A stretch of 64,000 nucleotides of DNA from a virus. The stretch spans positions 1-64,000 of IMG/VR virus record IMGVR_UViG_3300008050_008852; one strand, written 5' to 3'. A program made the translations under genes and the position numbers. Positions 18,816 through 28,359 of the stretch are shown piece by piece. How positions within the stretch are numbered: position 1 is the stretch's first letter; each line of letters begins with the position of its first letter. The notes beneath the pieces were generated by a model. That model saw only the letters and a program-made list of their open reading frames with translations. It had not been told where the DNA came from and did no database searches.

Positions 18816-19442
18816 ATGAAACATAATCCATATCAATCAGTAAGAAATTTCGAAGAAAATGTAGCAGAATATTGTGGCTCAAAATATGCCGTTGCAGTTG
18901 ACAATGCGACAAATGGCTTATTTTTGTGTATGAAGTATTTAAAGCTTAAAGATAAGGAAATAACAATACCCGCCCGCACATTCATGTCAGTTCCTTGTGC
19001 AATTATTCATGCTGGAAATAAAGTTGTATTTGATAAAGATCATCCTGCAATTCATGGCAATAAATTAAAGGGTCAATATCAATTAGCACCATATCCAATT
19101 TGGGATAGTGCTTTAACATTTCATAAAGGTATGTATATGCCTTGCCAAATGATGTGTCTTTCATTTAGTGGCCCACATAAATTTCTAAAGCTTGGTAAAG
19201 GTGGAATGATCCTAACTGATGATAAAAATGCATATGAATGGCTTCAAAGAGCCATTTATTTTGGCCGGCGACCAGTAGATCATTTGGAAGAGAAATTTGA
19301 TATGCTTGGTTGGAATTATTATATGCTCCCTGAAATTGCAGTAAAAGGTTCGGTTTTAATGATGGGTATTAGCGACTATAATAAAGATCTAGAAAGAGAA
19401 TATCAGGATTTATCTGTTTATAAAGTGTATACTGGAGAGTAG
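18816..19442 (+). CDS. DegT/DnrJ/EryC1/StrS family PLP aminotransferase (compact form)
   Basis: FEENVAEYCGSKYAVAVDNATNGL, WDSA, SFSGPHK (PLP Lys), GKGGMILTDD, GWNYYM. Confidence 0.85.
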   Translation: MKHNPYQSVRNFEENVAEYCGSKYAVAVDNATNGLFLCMKYLKLKDKEITIPARTFMSVPCAIIHAGNKVVFDKDHPAIHGNKLKGQYQLAPYPIWDSALTFHKGMYMPCQMMCLSFSGPHKFLKLGKGGMILTDDKNAYEWLQRAIYFGRRPVDHLEEKFDMLGWNYYMLPEIAVKGSVLMMGISDYNKDLEREYQDLSVYKVYTGE

Positions 19443-19444
19443 TT

Positions 19445-20779
19445 ATGACAAAAGTTGTTTTAGTTCAACCTTATTATGAAAATATTTGGGAGCCAATTGG
19501 TCTTGGGTTTATAGCAGGTTATTTAAAAAAGCACTTCATCGGCGATATCGAGATAGAGTGTTATCAAGGGAATTTTGATACAGATGATGTAATAATCAAC
19601 GGTTCGCTCGACGCCGACGTCGTCGGATTTTCTTGTACCTCACCTGCCTGGCCACATGCCCTACGTTTGGCAGAAGAAATTAAGAAAAAGAACACCACTG
19701 TTAGAACTGTTTTTGGTGGTTTCCACCCTTCTGCTCTACCACAAGAGTGTGTAGCTTATCCACAAGTAGATCAGGTGGTGGTTGGTGAAGGAGAAGAAGT
19801 ATTTTTAGAAATTGTTAATGGCAGAGAAGACGCCGTTATTCAAGGTACAAAACCATCAATGCAAGAAATTACTTGGCCTGATCGTGATATAATTAAAAAT
19901 TATAGGACAGTAGATTTATGTGAATCTATGAATGGAAAAAGGATTGCGTCATTTCAGTGTAATCGCGTTTGTCCTGTTAATTGTGCGTTTTGTGCAGAGA
20001 GGATTGTTACAGGTAGATTCAATCGCCGAAATAATCCTATTAGAAGTAGAGAAGTTAGTGAATTATGTGATGAGATCGAGTCAGTTATTGAGAAACTAGA
20101 CTTAAATTATTTTAAGTTTGTAGATGCCACTTTTGATATATCTGCTAAATTTGTTATAGAATTTTGTAAAGAAAAAATTAAGAGAGGAATAACCACAGAA
20201 TGGGAATGTCTTATTCATGCTAGTTTTGCTAATGAAGAAATGTTTAAGTGGTTAAAAGATTCACAGTGTCATCAAGTTAATATTGGCTGTGAAAGTGGTA
20301 GTAACAAAATTTTAAGAGATATCGGTAAAGGCTTACAGATTAAAACAATAAAGAACGTTTTTATGTGGGCAAAGAAGTATGGGGTAGAAAGAAGAGGTTT
20401 CTTTTTGTTTGGTATGCCAAATGAAACCCGTGATGATTTACTTTTGACTGAAAAATTAATTGATGAAATATGTCCTGACGTTGTTGGGTTTACTATCTTG
20501 TGTCCATATCCCGGTACCGCCCTCTATAATGCTGAGCTACATAAAGATGTAGATTGGGAATTGGCTGATGAATATTCAAATAATTTTTGGTGTACAGAGC
20601 ATTTTACGAATATCGAATTAAAAGCGCAACAGGCATATTTTAAAACAAAATATGATCTATTATTATGCGAGCGCCAAGAGGATTCATCACAATTTGGTGG
20701 TTTTGGAGATATGAGAGAATTAGAGGCTCAGTCAACATCAACACCAATTGGTACAAACATAAAGAACATCAAAAAGTGA
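19445..20779 (+). CDS. cobalamin-binding radical SAM enzyme (class B methyltransferase-like)
   Basis: PIGLGFIAGYL, VFGGFHPS, VVGEGE (B12 domain); CPVNCAFC; IGCESGS, FLFGMPNET, PYPGT. Confidence 0.92.
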   Translation: MTKVVLVQPYYENIWEPIGLGFIAGYLKKHFIGDIEIECYQGNFDTDDVIINGSLDADVVGFSCTSPAWPHALRLAEEIKKKNTTVRTVFGGFHPSALPQECVAYPQVDQVVVGEGEEVFLEIVNGREDAVIQGTKPSMQEITWPDRDIIKNYRTVDLCESMNGKRIASFQCNRVCPVNCAFCAERIVTGRFNRRNNPIRSREVSELCDEIESVIEKLDLNYFKFVDATFDISAKFVIEFCKEKIKRGITTEWECLIHASFANEEMFKWLKDSQCHQVNIGCESGSNKILRDIGKGLQIKTIKNVFMWAKKYGVERRGFFLFGMPNETRDDLLLTEKLIDEICPDVVGFTILCPYPGTALYNAELHKDVDWELADEYSNNFWCTEHFTNIELKAQQAYFKTKYDLLLCERQEDSSQFGGFGDMRELEAQSTSTPIGTNIKNIKK

Positions 20780-20783
20780 AATA

Positions 20784-21737
20784 ATGAACATACTTGTAAC
20801 GGGAGGTTGCGGATTTATTGGCTCCAATCTCATAAAGCTTATATTAGAACAGAAAGCGGATGAGGTGTCCAGTGTTGTAAACCTGGATTGTCTGACATAC
20901 GCGGCTAATTTAAAAAACACAAAGCAGTTTGCTGATAATCCAAAATATGCTCTTGCGACGGTTAATTTATGTGACATTGAGAATCTTAGAGAAATAATTT
21001 GGAACAATAAAATTACACATATAATCCACCTCGCCGCAGAAAGCCACGTTGACAATTCTATTAAAGATGCGAGTGCATTTGTTCAGAGCAATATTGTGGG
21101 TACCTTTAATTTATTGAAGATGTGTATGGAATTCGATATTCAAAGGTTTCATCATGTATCGACTGATGAGGTATATGGGGATCTGGGGCCAACTGGCAAG
21201 TTTGATGAAAATACGCCATATGATCCAAAGAACCCATATTCTGCATCGAAAGCATCATCAGATATGTTAGTCCGTGCATATTATCATACACATGGTCTTC
21301 CAATAACAATTTCTAATTGTTCAAATAACTATGGACCAAACCAACATCGAGAAAAATTTATACCAACAGTAATCAATTGTATTATGGAAAATAGAAAAAT
21401 ACCTCTTTATGGTACTGGTACCAATATTAGAGATTGGATTTATGTTGACGATCATTGTTTAGCACTGTGGGAGGTTTTCTTAAAAGGTTCCATTGGCGAA
21501 ACATATTGTATAGGTTCAGATTCGGAAAGGGAAAATATTGAAGTTATTGAAGAAATATGCGGCATAATGAACGTTGATCCGGACAAGAATATTGAGTATG
21601 TAGTTGATCGATTGGGCCACGACGTACGTTACGCAATTGATAATACAAAGATGAAAACCAAGTTAGGTTGGAAGCCAGCAACTTCTTTTAAAGAAGGACT
21701 TGAGAAAACTATTAAGTGGTATTATGAAAGATATTAA
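20784..21737 (+). CDS. rmlB: dTDP-glucose 4,6-dehydratase
   Basis: VTGGCGFIGSN, LTYAAN, AAESHVD, HVSTDEVYG, PYSASKASSD, CSNNYGP, DRLGHDVRYA. Confidence 0.95.
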   Translation: MNILVTGGCGFIGSNLIKLILEQKADEVSSVVNLDCLTYAANLKNTKQFADNPKYALATVNLCDIENLREIIWNNKITHIIHLAAESHVDNSIKDASAFVQSNIVGTFNLLKMCMEFDIQRFHHVSTDEVYGDLGPTGKFDENTPYDPKNPYSASKASSDMLVRAYYHTHGLPITISNCSNNYGPNQHREKFIPTVINCIMENRKIPLYGTGTNIRDWIYVDDHCLALWEVFLKGSIGETYCIGSDSERENIEVIEEICGIMNVDPDKNIEYVVDRLGHDVRYAIDNTKMKTKLGWKPATSFKEGLEKTIKWYYERY

Positions 21738-22461
21738 AGGAATTATTTTGGCCGGTGGTAAAGGAACACGCCTTTACCCTCTTACAAAAGTAACAAATAA
21801 GCACCTATTACCGCTTGGTGATGAAACAATGATAAATTACCCAATTCAGCGCCTTGTCTCAGCCGGTGTTAAGGATATTATGATTGTCACCGGTGTTGAG
21901 CATTGCGGAGCCATGATGACATTTCTTGGTTCTGGTAAAGAATATGGTTGTTCATTTACTTATAAGATTCAAGATCACCCCGACGGAATCGGCGGCGCTT
22001 TAAAATTATGTCAAGACTTTGTAGGGACATCAAATTGTATTGTTGTTCTTGGCGACAATATTTTTACTGAAGATTTATCACCTGCAATTGAAATGTTTAC
22101 AAATAAACCTTGTGACAGCCTACTGTTCTTTAAGGAGGTTAATGATCCAAGCCGTTACGGTGTTGGTACATTTAAAGACAATAAGTTAATTTGCCTTGAG
22201 GAAAAACCTAAAAATCCAGTATCAAATTTGGCGTGTGTTGGCATTTATATTTATACAAACGCTGTCTTTGATATTTTAAATACAATAACACCCTCGCAAC
22301 GAGGGGAATATGAAATAACTGCCGTTAATAATCATTTCGTTGAAAATAAATCATGTGAGTATATAATATTAGCTGGTGATTGGTCTGACGCAGGTACGAT
22401 GTTGTCGTATCATAAAACCAACATAATGCTAAGCAGTGTTAAGGAAATGGAACATAAATGA
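21724..22461 (+). CDS. rmlA: glucose-1-phosphate thymidylyltransferase
   Basis: KGIILAGGKGTRLYPLT, NKHLLP, LGDNIF, EEKP, SQRGEYEIT, WSDAGT; ATG 21724 (ORF track 21700). Confidence 0.92.
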   Translation: MKDIKGIILAGGKGTRLYPLTKVTNKHLLPLGDETMINYPIQRLVSAGVKDIMIVTGVEHCGAMMTFLGSGKEYGCSFTYKIQDHPDGIGGALKLCQDFVGTSNCIVVLGDNIFTEDLSPAIEMFTNKPCDSLLFFKEVNDPSRYGVGTFKDNKLICLEEKPKNPVSNLACVGIYIYTNAVFDILNTITPSQRGEYEITAVNNHFVENKSCEYIILAGDWSDAGTMLSYHKTNIMLSSVKEMEHK

Positions 22462-23165
22462 AATTATTAATAACAACACGTTCGGATAAAACTGTTACCA
22501 ATTGGGCAAATTTAACACATCCTCTATTAGAGGCATATGCAAAAAAAGCCGGCGCTGATTTTTTGGTTCTTGATGAAAAATATGACGCACTAGACGCCAC
22601 CGGCGGTATTGGTAATGGTATATATCAGTTTAGAATATTTGAACATTATAATTTACATGCTAAATATGATCGAATATTACATTTTGATAATGATATGCTT
22701 TTAACACCTACATGCCCAAATTTGTTTGATCTTGTTCCATATAATTGTATTGGTACAATTTATGAAGATAAGGGTTCCCGACAATATGCCAGACAAAATT
22801 GCATGGCTGTGGCCCAAAATCAATTTGGTGATGTTGGCTGGAGAAATGGTTATATTAATACCGGTGTATTTTTAACGTCTGCATGTCATAGAGATATATA
22901 CCAAAAAATAAATGGAAAATATTTTGTAGACTGGGGAACCGACGATGTTCATATTGCATATCTGATAAATAAATATGGGTATGATGTAAAAGAATTATCA
23001 TATCACTGGAACCATATGACAATGTTTTCAGAGCCATGGAATAATAACGCCGATAGGTTTAAGTCACATATTATACATTATGCCGGCAATGGTGTATTTA
23101 ACAAGGAACAAGCAGCAAACAAGCTTGAACAAGCAAAACATGATTTTAAGGTTCTGTACGGATGA
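22458..23165 (+). CDS. glycosyltransferase (GT-A; GT8/GT34-like)
   Basis: YDRILHFDND (DxD), YINTGVF, WN, HIIHYAG. Confidence 0.75.
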   Translation: MKLLITTRSDKTVTNWANLTHPLLEAYAKKAGADFLVLDEKYDALDATGGIGNGIYQFRIFEHYNLHAKYDRILHFDNDMLLTPTCPNLFDLVPYNCIGTIYEDKGSRQYARQNCMAVAQNQFGDVGWRNGYINTGVFLTSACHRDIYQKINGKYFVDWGTDDVHIAYLINKYGYDVKELSYHWNHMTMFSEPWNNNADRFKSHIIHYAGNGVFNKEQAANKLEQAKHDFKVLYG

Positions 23166-24055
23166 AGATAGTATTTGTTGCCGTTTTTGATAATGAAGGT
23201 ATATCGTCAAATTCGTCTCAAGCAATTGGTCTTGAGCAACTTGGTCACAACGTTATTAGATACAATTACAGAATACGGGCAAATAAAATTGGTCCCGAAA
23301 ACCGGGACATGGAATTGGTTGATATTGTCGCAACTCATCACCCTGATTTAGTAATTTTTGCAAAGACAAATACTATCAACATATCGGTATTTCATGCATG
23401 TAAAAAATATAGCAAGGTATGTTATTGGTTTCCTGATCCATTGTCAACGTTTGACAACGATGAATTTTTATTGAAAACAAAAGTATCTGATTTCTTTTGC
23501 TGCGATATGCAAAAGCAAAATGTTTTTGATTATGCTAGTAATTTAAACGACAAGTGTTTTAAAATTGCGGATGGCTATGATCCTGACGTTGAGAAACCTC
23601 GTAATCTTAAGCAGGATATTGATACATCATTTATTGGCAATTTATATAGTGATAGACAGGAGAAGCTTCGAGACCTTAATAGAAATATTACGGTTGTTTC
23701 AAATGCCTTCGGAATAACGCATTCAGAAATTGTAAGTAGAAGTAAGATAAACATAAATTTTTGTACGGCCAATTCATCATCAGATAGAACGTATAAGGTT
23801 TTAGCAGCCGGCGGATTTTATATAACTGAAGATTGGGAAAACCGTAAAGAGTATTTCATTGATGGTCGAGACTTAATAATATGTAATGATATTGATGATC
23901 TTAGGGCTAAAATTGATTATTATTTAGATCACCCCAATGAAAGAACTGAAATTGCTAAAAATGGTTTAGTAGCTGTTAGAAAATTTAGTCGCCATAATTG
24001 GGCCAAGCAAATTGTCGAAATTTATAACACACTTTTTCTTGATGGTAGTAAATAA
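23162..24055 (+). CDS. glycosyltransferase (GT-B, CgeB-like)
   Basis: SFIGN, SKININF, SDRTYKVLAAGGF, KIDYYLDHPNERTEIA. Confidence 0.85.
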   Translation: MKIVFVAVFDNEGISSNSSQAIGLEQLGHNVIRYNYRIRANKIGPENRDMELVDIVATHHPDLVIFAKTNTINISVFHACKKYSKVCYWFPDPLSTFDNDEFLLKTKVSDFFCCDMQKQNVFDYASNLNDKCFKIADGYDPDVEKPRNLKQDIDTSFIGNLYSDRQEKLRDLNRNITVVSNAFGITHSEIVSRSKININFCTANSSSDRTYKVLAAGGFYITEDWENRKEYFIDGRDLIICNDIDDLRAKIDYYLDHPNERTEIAKNGLVAVRKFSRHNWAKQIVEIYNTLFLDGSK

Positions 24056-24898
24056 ATGAATAAAAAAGCCGTAATATTTGGTCCTTGGGTCGGTGAATTT
24101 GGTTGGGAATTATTTGCGTGGCAAGGTCATATTAGACAGATTGCAAAATCGTTTGATTTTGTCATTGTAATTGGCAGACCAGGAAATAATTTTCTTTATA
24201 ATGACTTTTCTGATATTTTTGTACCATTCGATCCACCACCTGGAACCACTGATTCACATACAAATTCGGCCTTTAATATAAGTTCATTTAATATACAACA
24301 ATTTATGCAGTCGACAGTAGATAATAGTATACTGGCTAAATATAATTGGGTATATTTGCCACCTGTTAAAATTGGTCATCCACCATATAATCACTGGCGT
24401 GCTTCGACAAATATATCTCCATTTGGTGAAATATGTCCTGATTATCGTTTTTTACGTTCGGCAGACAATTTTTGTTCTATAGACATTGTAATTCATGCAA
24501 GAAGTAGATCAATTAGGGAAATTGATAATTGGGATATAGACAACTGGAATAAATTAGTCAAAGCACTGTCGGCAAAATCTTTATCTGTAGCATCAATTGG
24601 TACAAGTGAACAATCTAAACATATTGATGGAACTTTAGATATGAGGGGGAGCTCTATTGATAAAACGATAGGTCTTCTTAATTCGGCAAAATGTATAGTA
24701 GGTTCGTCTTCCGGACCAATGCATCTTGCCACACTATCAGGTTGTCCACAAGTTGTTTGGACTAGTAATTATAGACAAAATTATTCCCGGTACCATGATA
24801 CATGGAACCCATTTAATATAAAATGTATTATGGTTCCAAATGAAACTCCAGATCCTTTAGTTGTATTAGGCGCAATTATGGAGATAATAAAAGATTAA
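24056..24898 (+). CDS. glycosyltransferase family 9-like (heptosyltransferase family)
   Basis: NWDIDNWNKLV, DMRG, CIVGSSSGPMHLATLSGCP matches GT9 'DSGpmHlAaalg-P' motif. Confidence 0.75.
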   Translation: MNKKAVIFGPWVGEFGWELFAWQGHIRQIAKSFDFVIVIGRPGNNFLYNDFSDIFVPFDPPPGTTDSHTNSAFNISSFNIQQFMQSTVDNSILAKYNWVYLPPVKIGHPPYNHWRASTNISPFGEICPDYRFLRSADNFCSIDIVIHARSRSIREIDNWDIDNWNKLVKALSAKSLSVASIGTSEQSKHIDGTLDMRGSSIDKTIGLLNSAKCIVGSSSGPMHLATLSGCPQVVWTSNYRQNYSRYHDTWNPFNIKCIMVPNETPDPLVVLGAIMEIIKD

Positions 24899-25762
24899 AT
24901 GAAAAATATAGGAATAATTGGAAATGGTTTTGTAGGTTCCGCTATTGCAGCCGGCTTCGCTTTACATGCAAATGTAAGAATTTATGACAAAGATGTTGGT
25001 AGATCTACGCATACGTTAGTAGAGACAATAAATAAATCAGATTTTATTTTTATTTCAGTACCAACTCCAATGACTGGTTTAAGGGGTGGAAAAATAGATC
25101 TTACGATTATGGACAGCGTGTTTGAAGAGATATCTTTAGCACAAAAAGATAGCGCCTTTTCGTATAAAGATGTAACCTTTATCGTTAAATCAACTGTTAT
25201 TCCTGGCACGATTGAAAGATATATTAACAAATACCCTCATATGCGAATCGCATTTAGTCCAGAATTTTTGACAGAACGTTCAGCTTATCTAGATTTTATT
25301 AATACAGCAAGAATTGTAGTCGGCGCAAACGAAGAAGCTGTTACTAATGATATTGAATCTTTGTTTAGGACAAGATTTCCTTATACAACAATTATTAAGA
25401 CAGACGTCGGCACCGCGCAATTTATAAAATATATGGCAAATTGTTTCTTCTCGGTTAAATTGTCATTTATGAATGAGATGTTACAAGCCGCAGAAGCATT
25501 CGGTGTTAATTGGAATGATGCTCAGCGTGGGTTTATAACTGATGGTAGAATTGGTAATTCACATATTGACGTTCCTGGCCATGATGGGTCGAGAGGTTTT
25601 GGGGGAAAATGTTTTCCGAAAGATCTCAATGCATTTATTGATTTCTTTGAAGAAATAGGTGTAGAACCAACAGTTATGAAGGCTACATGGAAAAAGAATC
25701 TTGAAGTTAGAGAAAATTTGGATTGGAAAGATATTCCTGGTGCAGTGTCAAATAAGGATTGA
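24899..25762 (+). CDS. ugd: UDP-glucose/GDP-mannose 6-dehydrogenase family protein (short form)
   Basis: IGNGFVG, ISVPTP, KSTVIPGT, PEFL, KYMAN, GFGGKCFPKD. Confidence 0.9.
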   Translation: MKNIGIIGNGFVGSAIAAGFALHANVRIYDKDVGRSTHTLVETINKSDFIFISVPTPMTGLRGGKIDLTIMDSVFEEISLAQKDSAFSYKDVTFIVKSTVIPGTIERYINKYPHMRIAFSPEFLTERSAYLDFINTARIVVGANEEAVTNDIESLFRTRFPYTTIIKTDVGTAQFIKYMANCFFSVKLSFMNEMLQAAEAFGVNWNDAQRGFITDGRIGNSHIDVPGHDGSRGFGGKCFPKDLNAFIDFFEEIGVEPTVMKATWKKNLEVRENLDWKDIPGAVSNKD

Positions 25763-25765
25763 AAT

Positions 25766-26119
25766 ATGATAACATATGTTTTTGATATTGATGGTACAAT
25801 TTGTACTAAAGTTGATGATGGTGATTATTCAAAGGCCCGGCCTTTCGAAGATAGAATTAATATAGTTAATATGCTATACAATCAAGGTAATATAATTATA
25901 TTTCAAACAGCACGAGGTATGGGTCGTTCTGGAAATTCACAGGCTTTTGCATGGGAATTTTTTGAAAAAGATACTAAGACTCAATTAATTAAATGGGGTG
26001 TTAAATTTCACTCCCTGTATATGGGTAAACCATCAGCTGATGTTTATGTTGATGATAAGGCCCTCGACGATAATAAATTTTTTGATATTCATAGAAGAAT
26101 TAAACAAACGGGAGAATAA
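25766..26119 (+). CDS. HAD superfamily phosphatase (capsule-biosynthesis phosphatase type)
   Basis: FDIDGTIC, TARG, GKP-x-ADVYVDDKA. Confidence 0.85.
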   Translation: MITYVFDIDGTICTKVDDGDYSKARPFEDRINIVNMLYNQGNIIIFQTARGMGRSGNSQAFAWEFFEKDTKTQLIKWGVKFHSLYMGKPSADVYVDDKALDDNKFFDIHRRIKQTGE

Positions 26120-26120
26120 A

Positions 26121-26540
26121 ATGGGTGATGGTCATAGTGATGGTTTTCGAATGTTTGATAGAGGACCAGTATTTTTACCTCAAACAGTAGAACTTCCAAT
26201 GAAGCACGTCGACAAGGGGTGGGGTTGGGAACGCTGGATCTGCAATGGCCCTGAGTATTGTGGAAAATTATTATTTTTTAATAAGGGAAAGAAGTGTTCT
26301 TGGCATGTTCATAGATTAAAGGACGAGGTATTCTACCTTCAGTCTGGAAAGATGCTAGTAAAGTATTCTGATGAAGATGACATAACACGAGCAGAAGAGC
26401 TAATTTTAAATCCAGGTGATAACTTTCATGTTTATCGTGGCCTCCGGCATCGAATGATTGCTCTAGAAGATTCTGAATTATTTGAATTTTCAACACAACA
26501 TTTTGACTCTGATAGCTATAGGCTTGAAAAAGGCGATTGA
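26121..26540 (+). CDS. cupin sugar-phosphate isomerase-like protein
   Basis: VDKGWGWE, CSWHVH-x-x-KDE, H-R-M-x-A...EFST; ATG 26121 after GGAG (ORF track 25998). Confidence 0.82.
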   Translation: MGDGHSDGFRMFDRGPVFLPQTVELPMKHVDKGWGWERWICNGPEYCGKLLFFNKGKKCSWHVHRLKDEVFYLQSGKMLVKYSDEDDITRAEELILNPGDNFHVYRGLRHRMIALEDSELFEFSTQHFDSDSYRLEKGD

Positions 26541-27430
26541 TGAACGCTTTAGTTACCGGTGGCTGCGGATTTATTGGTAGTCATACCGTTGATAAGCTAA
26601 TTTCAGAAGGCCATTCAGTTACTGTAATTGATGATCTATCTGCTCCAGAAAATGCTAAGTTTTATTATAATAATAGCGCAAAATATTTTCATTTTGATAT
26701 ATTAGATCTTAATACAACATTCGATCTTGGTTCAATTGATGTAATATATCACTTAGCTGCTCGCTCTAGAATTCAACCAACATTTAAAAACCCTTCGTCT
26801 GCATTTGACACTAATGTTTCTGGAACCCAAAGGGTCTTAGAATGGGCCAGAATGAATGATGTAAAGAAAATAATATATTCAGGTACATCATCACTTTATG
26901 GATACTCAAATCCTACACCATATACTCCAGACATGTCAATTGAGTGTAATACACCATATGCAATGTCAAAGTGGCTTGGAGAGTGCCTTTGCGAATTTTA
27001 TTCACGAACGTACAGCCTTGACACCGTTGTTTTAAGATACTTTAATGTGTATGGCCCACGTGAACCTATTAATGGTCATTATGCTCCAGTAGTAGGCTTA
27101 TTTAAGCGTCAAAAAAAGCTTGGTAAAAAAATAACAATTGTTGGATCTGGCGAACAACGCCGGGATTTTACTTATATTACTGATGTGGTTCAAGCAAACA
27201 TGCATGCATTAAATGCAGAAAAAAAATTCACAATATTAAATGTTGGTACTGGAAAAAATTATAGTATAAATGAATTGGCTTATATGATTTGTAGTGATAA
27301 GTCACAATTTGAATATATTTCCGATCGAAGATCGGAGTTAAAAGAAACATTGGCAGATATAACTAAAACACAAAAAGAAATTGGGTGGTCACCATCCAAA
27401 GCGTTAGAAGACATGTTGATGTCATATTAA
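26540..27430 (+). CDS. NAD-dependent nucleotide-sugar epimerase/dehydratase (extended SDR)
   Basis: LVTGGCGFIGSH, HLAA, PYAMSK, LRYFNVYGP, QRRDFTYI. Confidence 0.9.
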   Translation: MNALVTGGCGFIGSHTVDKLISEGHSVTVIDDLSAPENAKFYYNNSAKYFHFDILDLNTTFDLGSIDVIYHLAARSRIQPTFKNPSSAFDTNVSGTQRVLEWARMNDVKKIIYSGTSSLYGYSNPTPYTPDMSIECNTPYAMSKWLGECLCEFYSRTYSLDTVVLRYFNVYGPREPINGHYAPVVGLFKRQKKLGKKITIVGSGEQRRDFTYITDVVQANMHALNAEKKFTILNVGTGKNYSINELAYMICSDKSQFEYISDRRSELKETLADITKTQKEIGWSPSKALEDMLMSY

Positions 27431-27464
27431 TGTACAATGTGCTATATTTTGTTAATTTTAGTAT

Positions 27465-28307
27465 ATGATATTTCCAACAAATAAACCGCACGTATCCTAC
27501 TCAGAAATTAGAACATGGAGGGAATGCCCTTATAGACATAAACTTGCCTACATTGATAAGATTGAGGCTGATGATCCATCACAATATCTGGATTACGGTG
27601 TTATTCTTCATGAACATTTAGAAAATTTTCTAAAGACAAAAGAAGTAGATATAGAGAAATTAAAGGTCGACCTAACATCAGCGTGGCAAGAAAAAGGTTA
27701 TGATACACCTGAATATATTGATAAAATAACAAAAGCCGCTGAAGCTAAAGGTGAAAAACCAAGAATTTTAGAACCTCTGGCTGAATGGCTTAAATGGGGC
27801 GAATTTGCCTTATCAAATATTTCAGAATTCATGGATGAAAATTTTCCAAATTGGGTGACACTTTCAGCAGAACATCAGTTGTATGAAAAAATACCAGCGT
27901 CAGATATTAAATTTAAAGGCTTCATCGATGCCGTTATAGAATGTGACTATAGAAAGACAAAACGTAAAATTTGGATACTTGATTGGAAAACGGCACCTGC
28001 ATATGGTTGGCATGCTAGAAAAAAGCAGGATTGGATGGTTCAGGCTCAAATCGCATTATATAAAAAGTTTTGGCGTAAAAAGTTTGAAAAGGATTGTAAT
28101 GAAGTTGGCGCAGGCTTTGTTTTGTTAAAACGAGGTGCCAAGAAAAATCCAATCGATGTGTTTAAGGTTTCTGTTGGACCAAAAACTGAGGAAAAGGCGG
28201 ACAAGCTTTTAAGAAGTATGTTAAAGACCGTTAAGACAGGTTTGTATTTAAAAAATAGAAATTCGTGTAAATATTGTCCATATTTTAACACAGAACATTG
28301 TAAATAA
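27465..28307 (+). CDS. PD-(D/E)XK nuclease, Cas4/RecB-like with Fe-S cysteines
   Basis: HVSYSE...CPY, KGFIDAV, ILDWKT, Q-x-x-x-Y (QIALY), C-terminal CKYCPYFNTEHC. Confidence 0.88.
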   Translation: MIFPTNKPHVSYSEIRTWRECPYRHKLAYIDKIEADDPSQYLDYGVILHEHLENFLKTKEVDIEKLKVDLTSAWQEKGYDTPEYIDKITKAAEAKGEKPRILEPLAEWLKWGEFALSNISEFMDENFPNWVTLSAEHQLYEKIPASDIKFKGFIDAVIECDYRKTKRKIWILDWKTAPAYGWHARKKQDWMVQAQIALYKKFWRKKFEKDCNEVGAGFVLLKRGAKKNPIDVFKVSVGPKTEEKADKLLRSMLKTVKTGLYLKNRNSCKYCPYFNTEHCK

Positions 28308-28359
28308 ATTTATACGTATAGACATTTTTTGATATGTTTATTGCGGTGGAGTATAGTAT

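Noticed and set aside
27465-28307. CRISPR-Cas system suggested by the Cas4-like gene
   Set aside because: No repeat-spacer array or other cas genes in the window; solo Cas4-like nucleases are common in phages.
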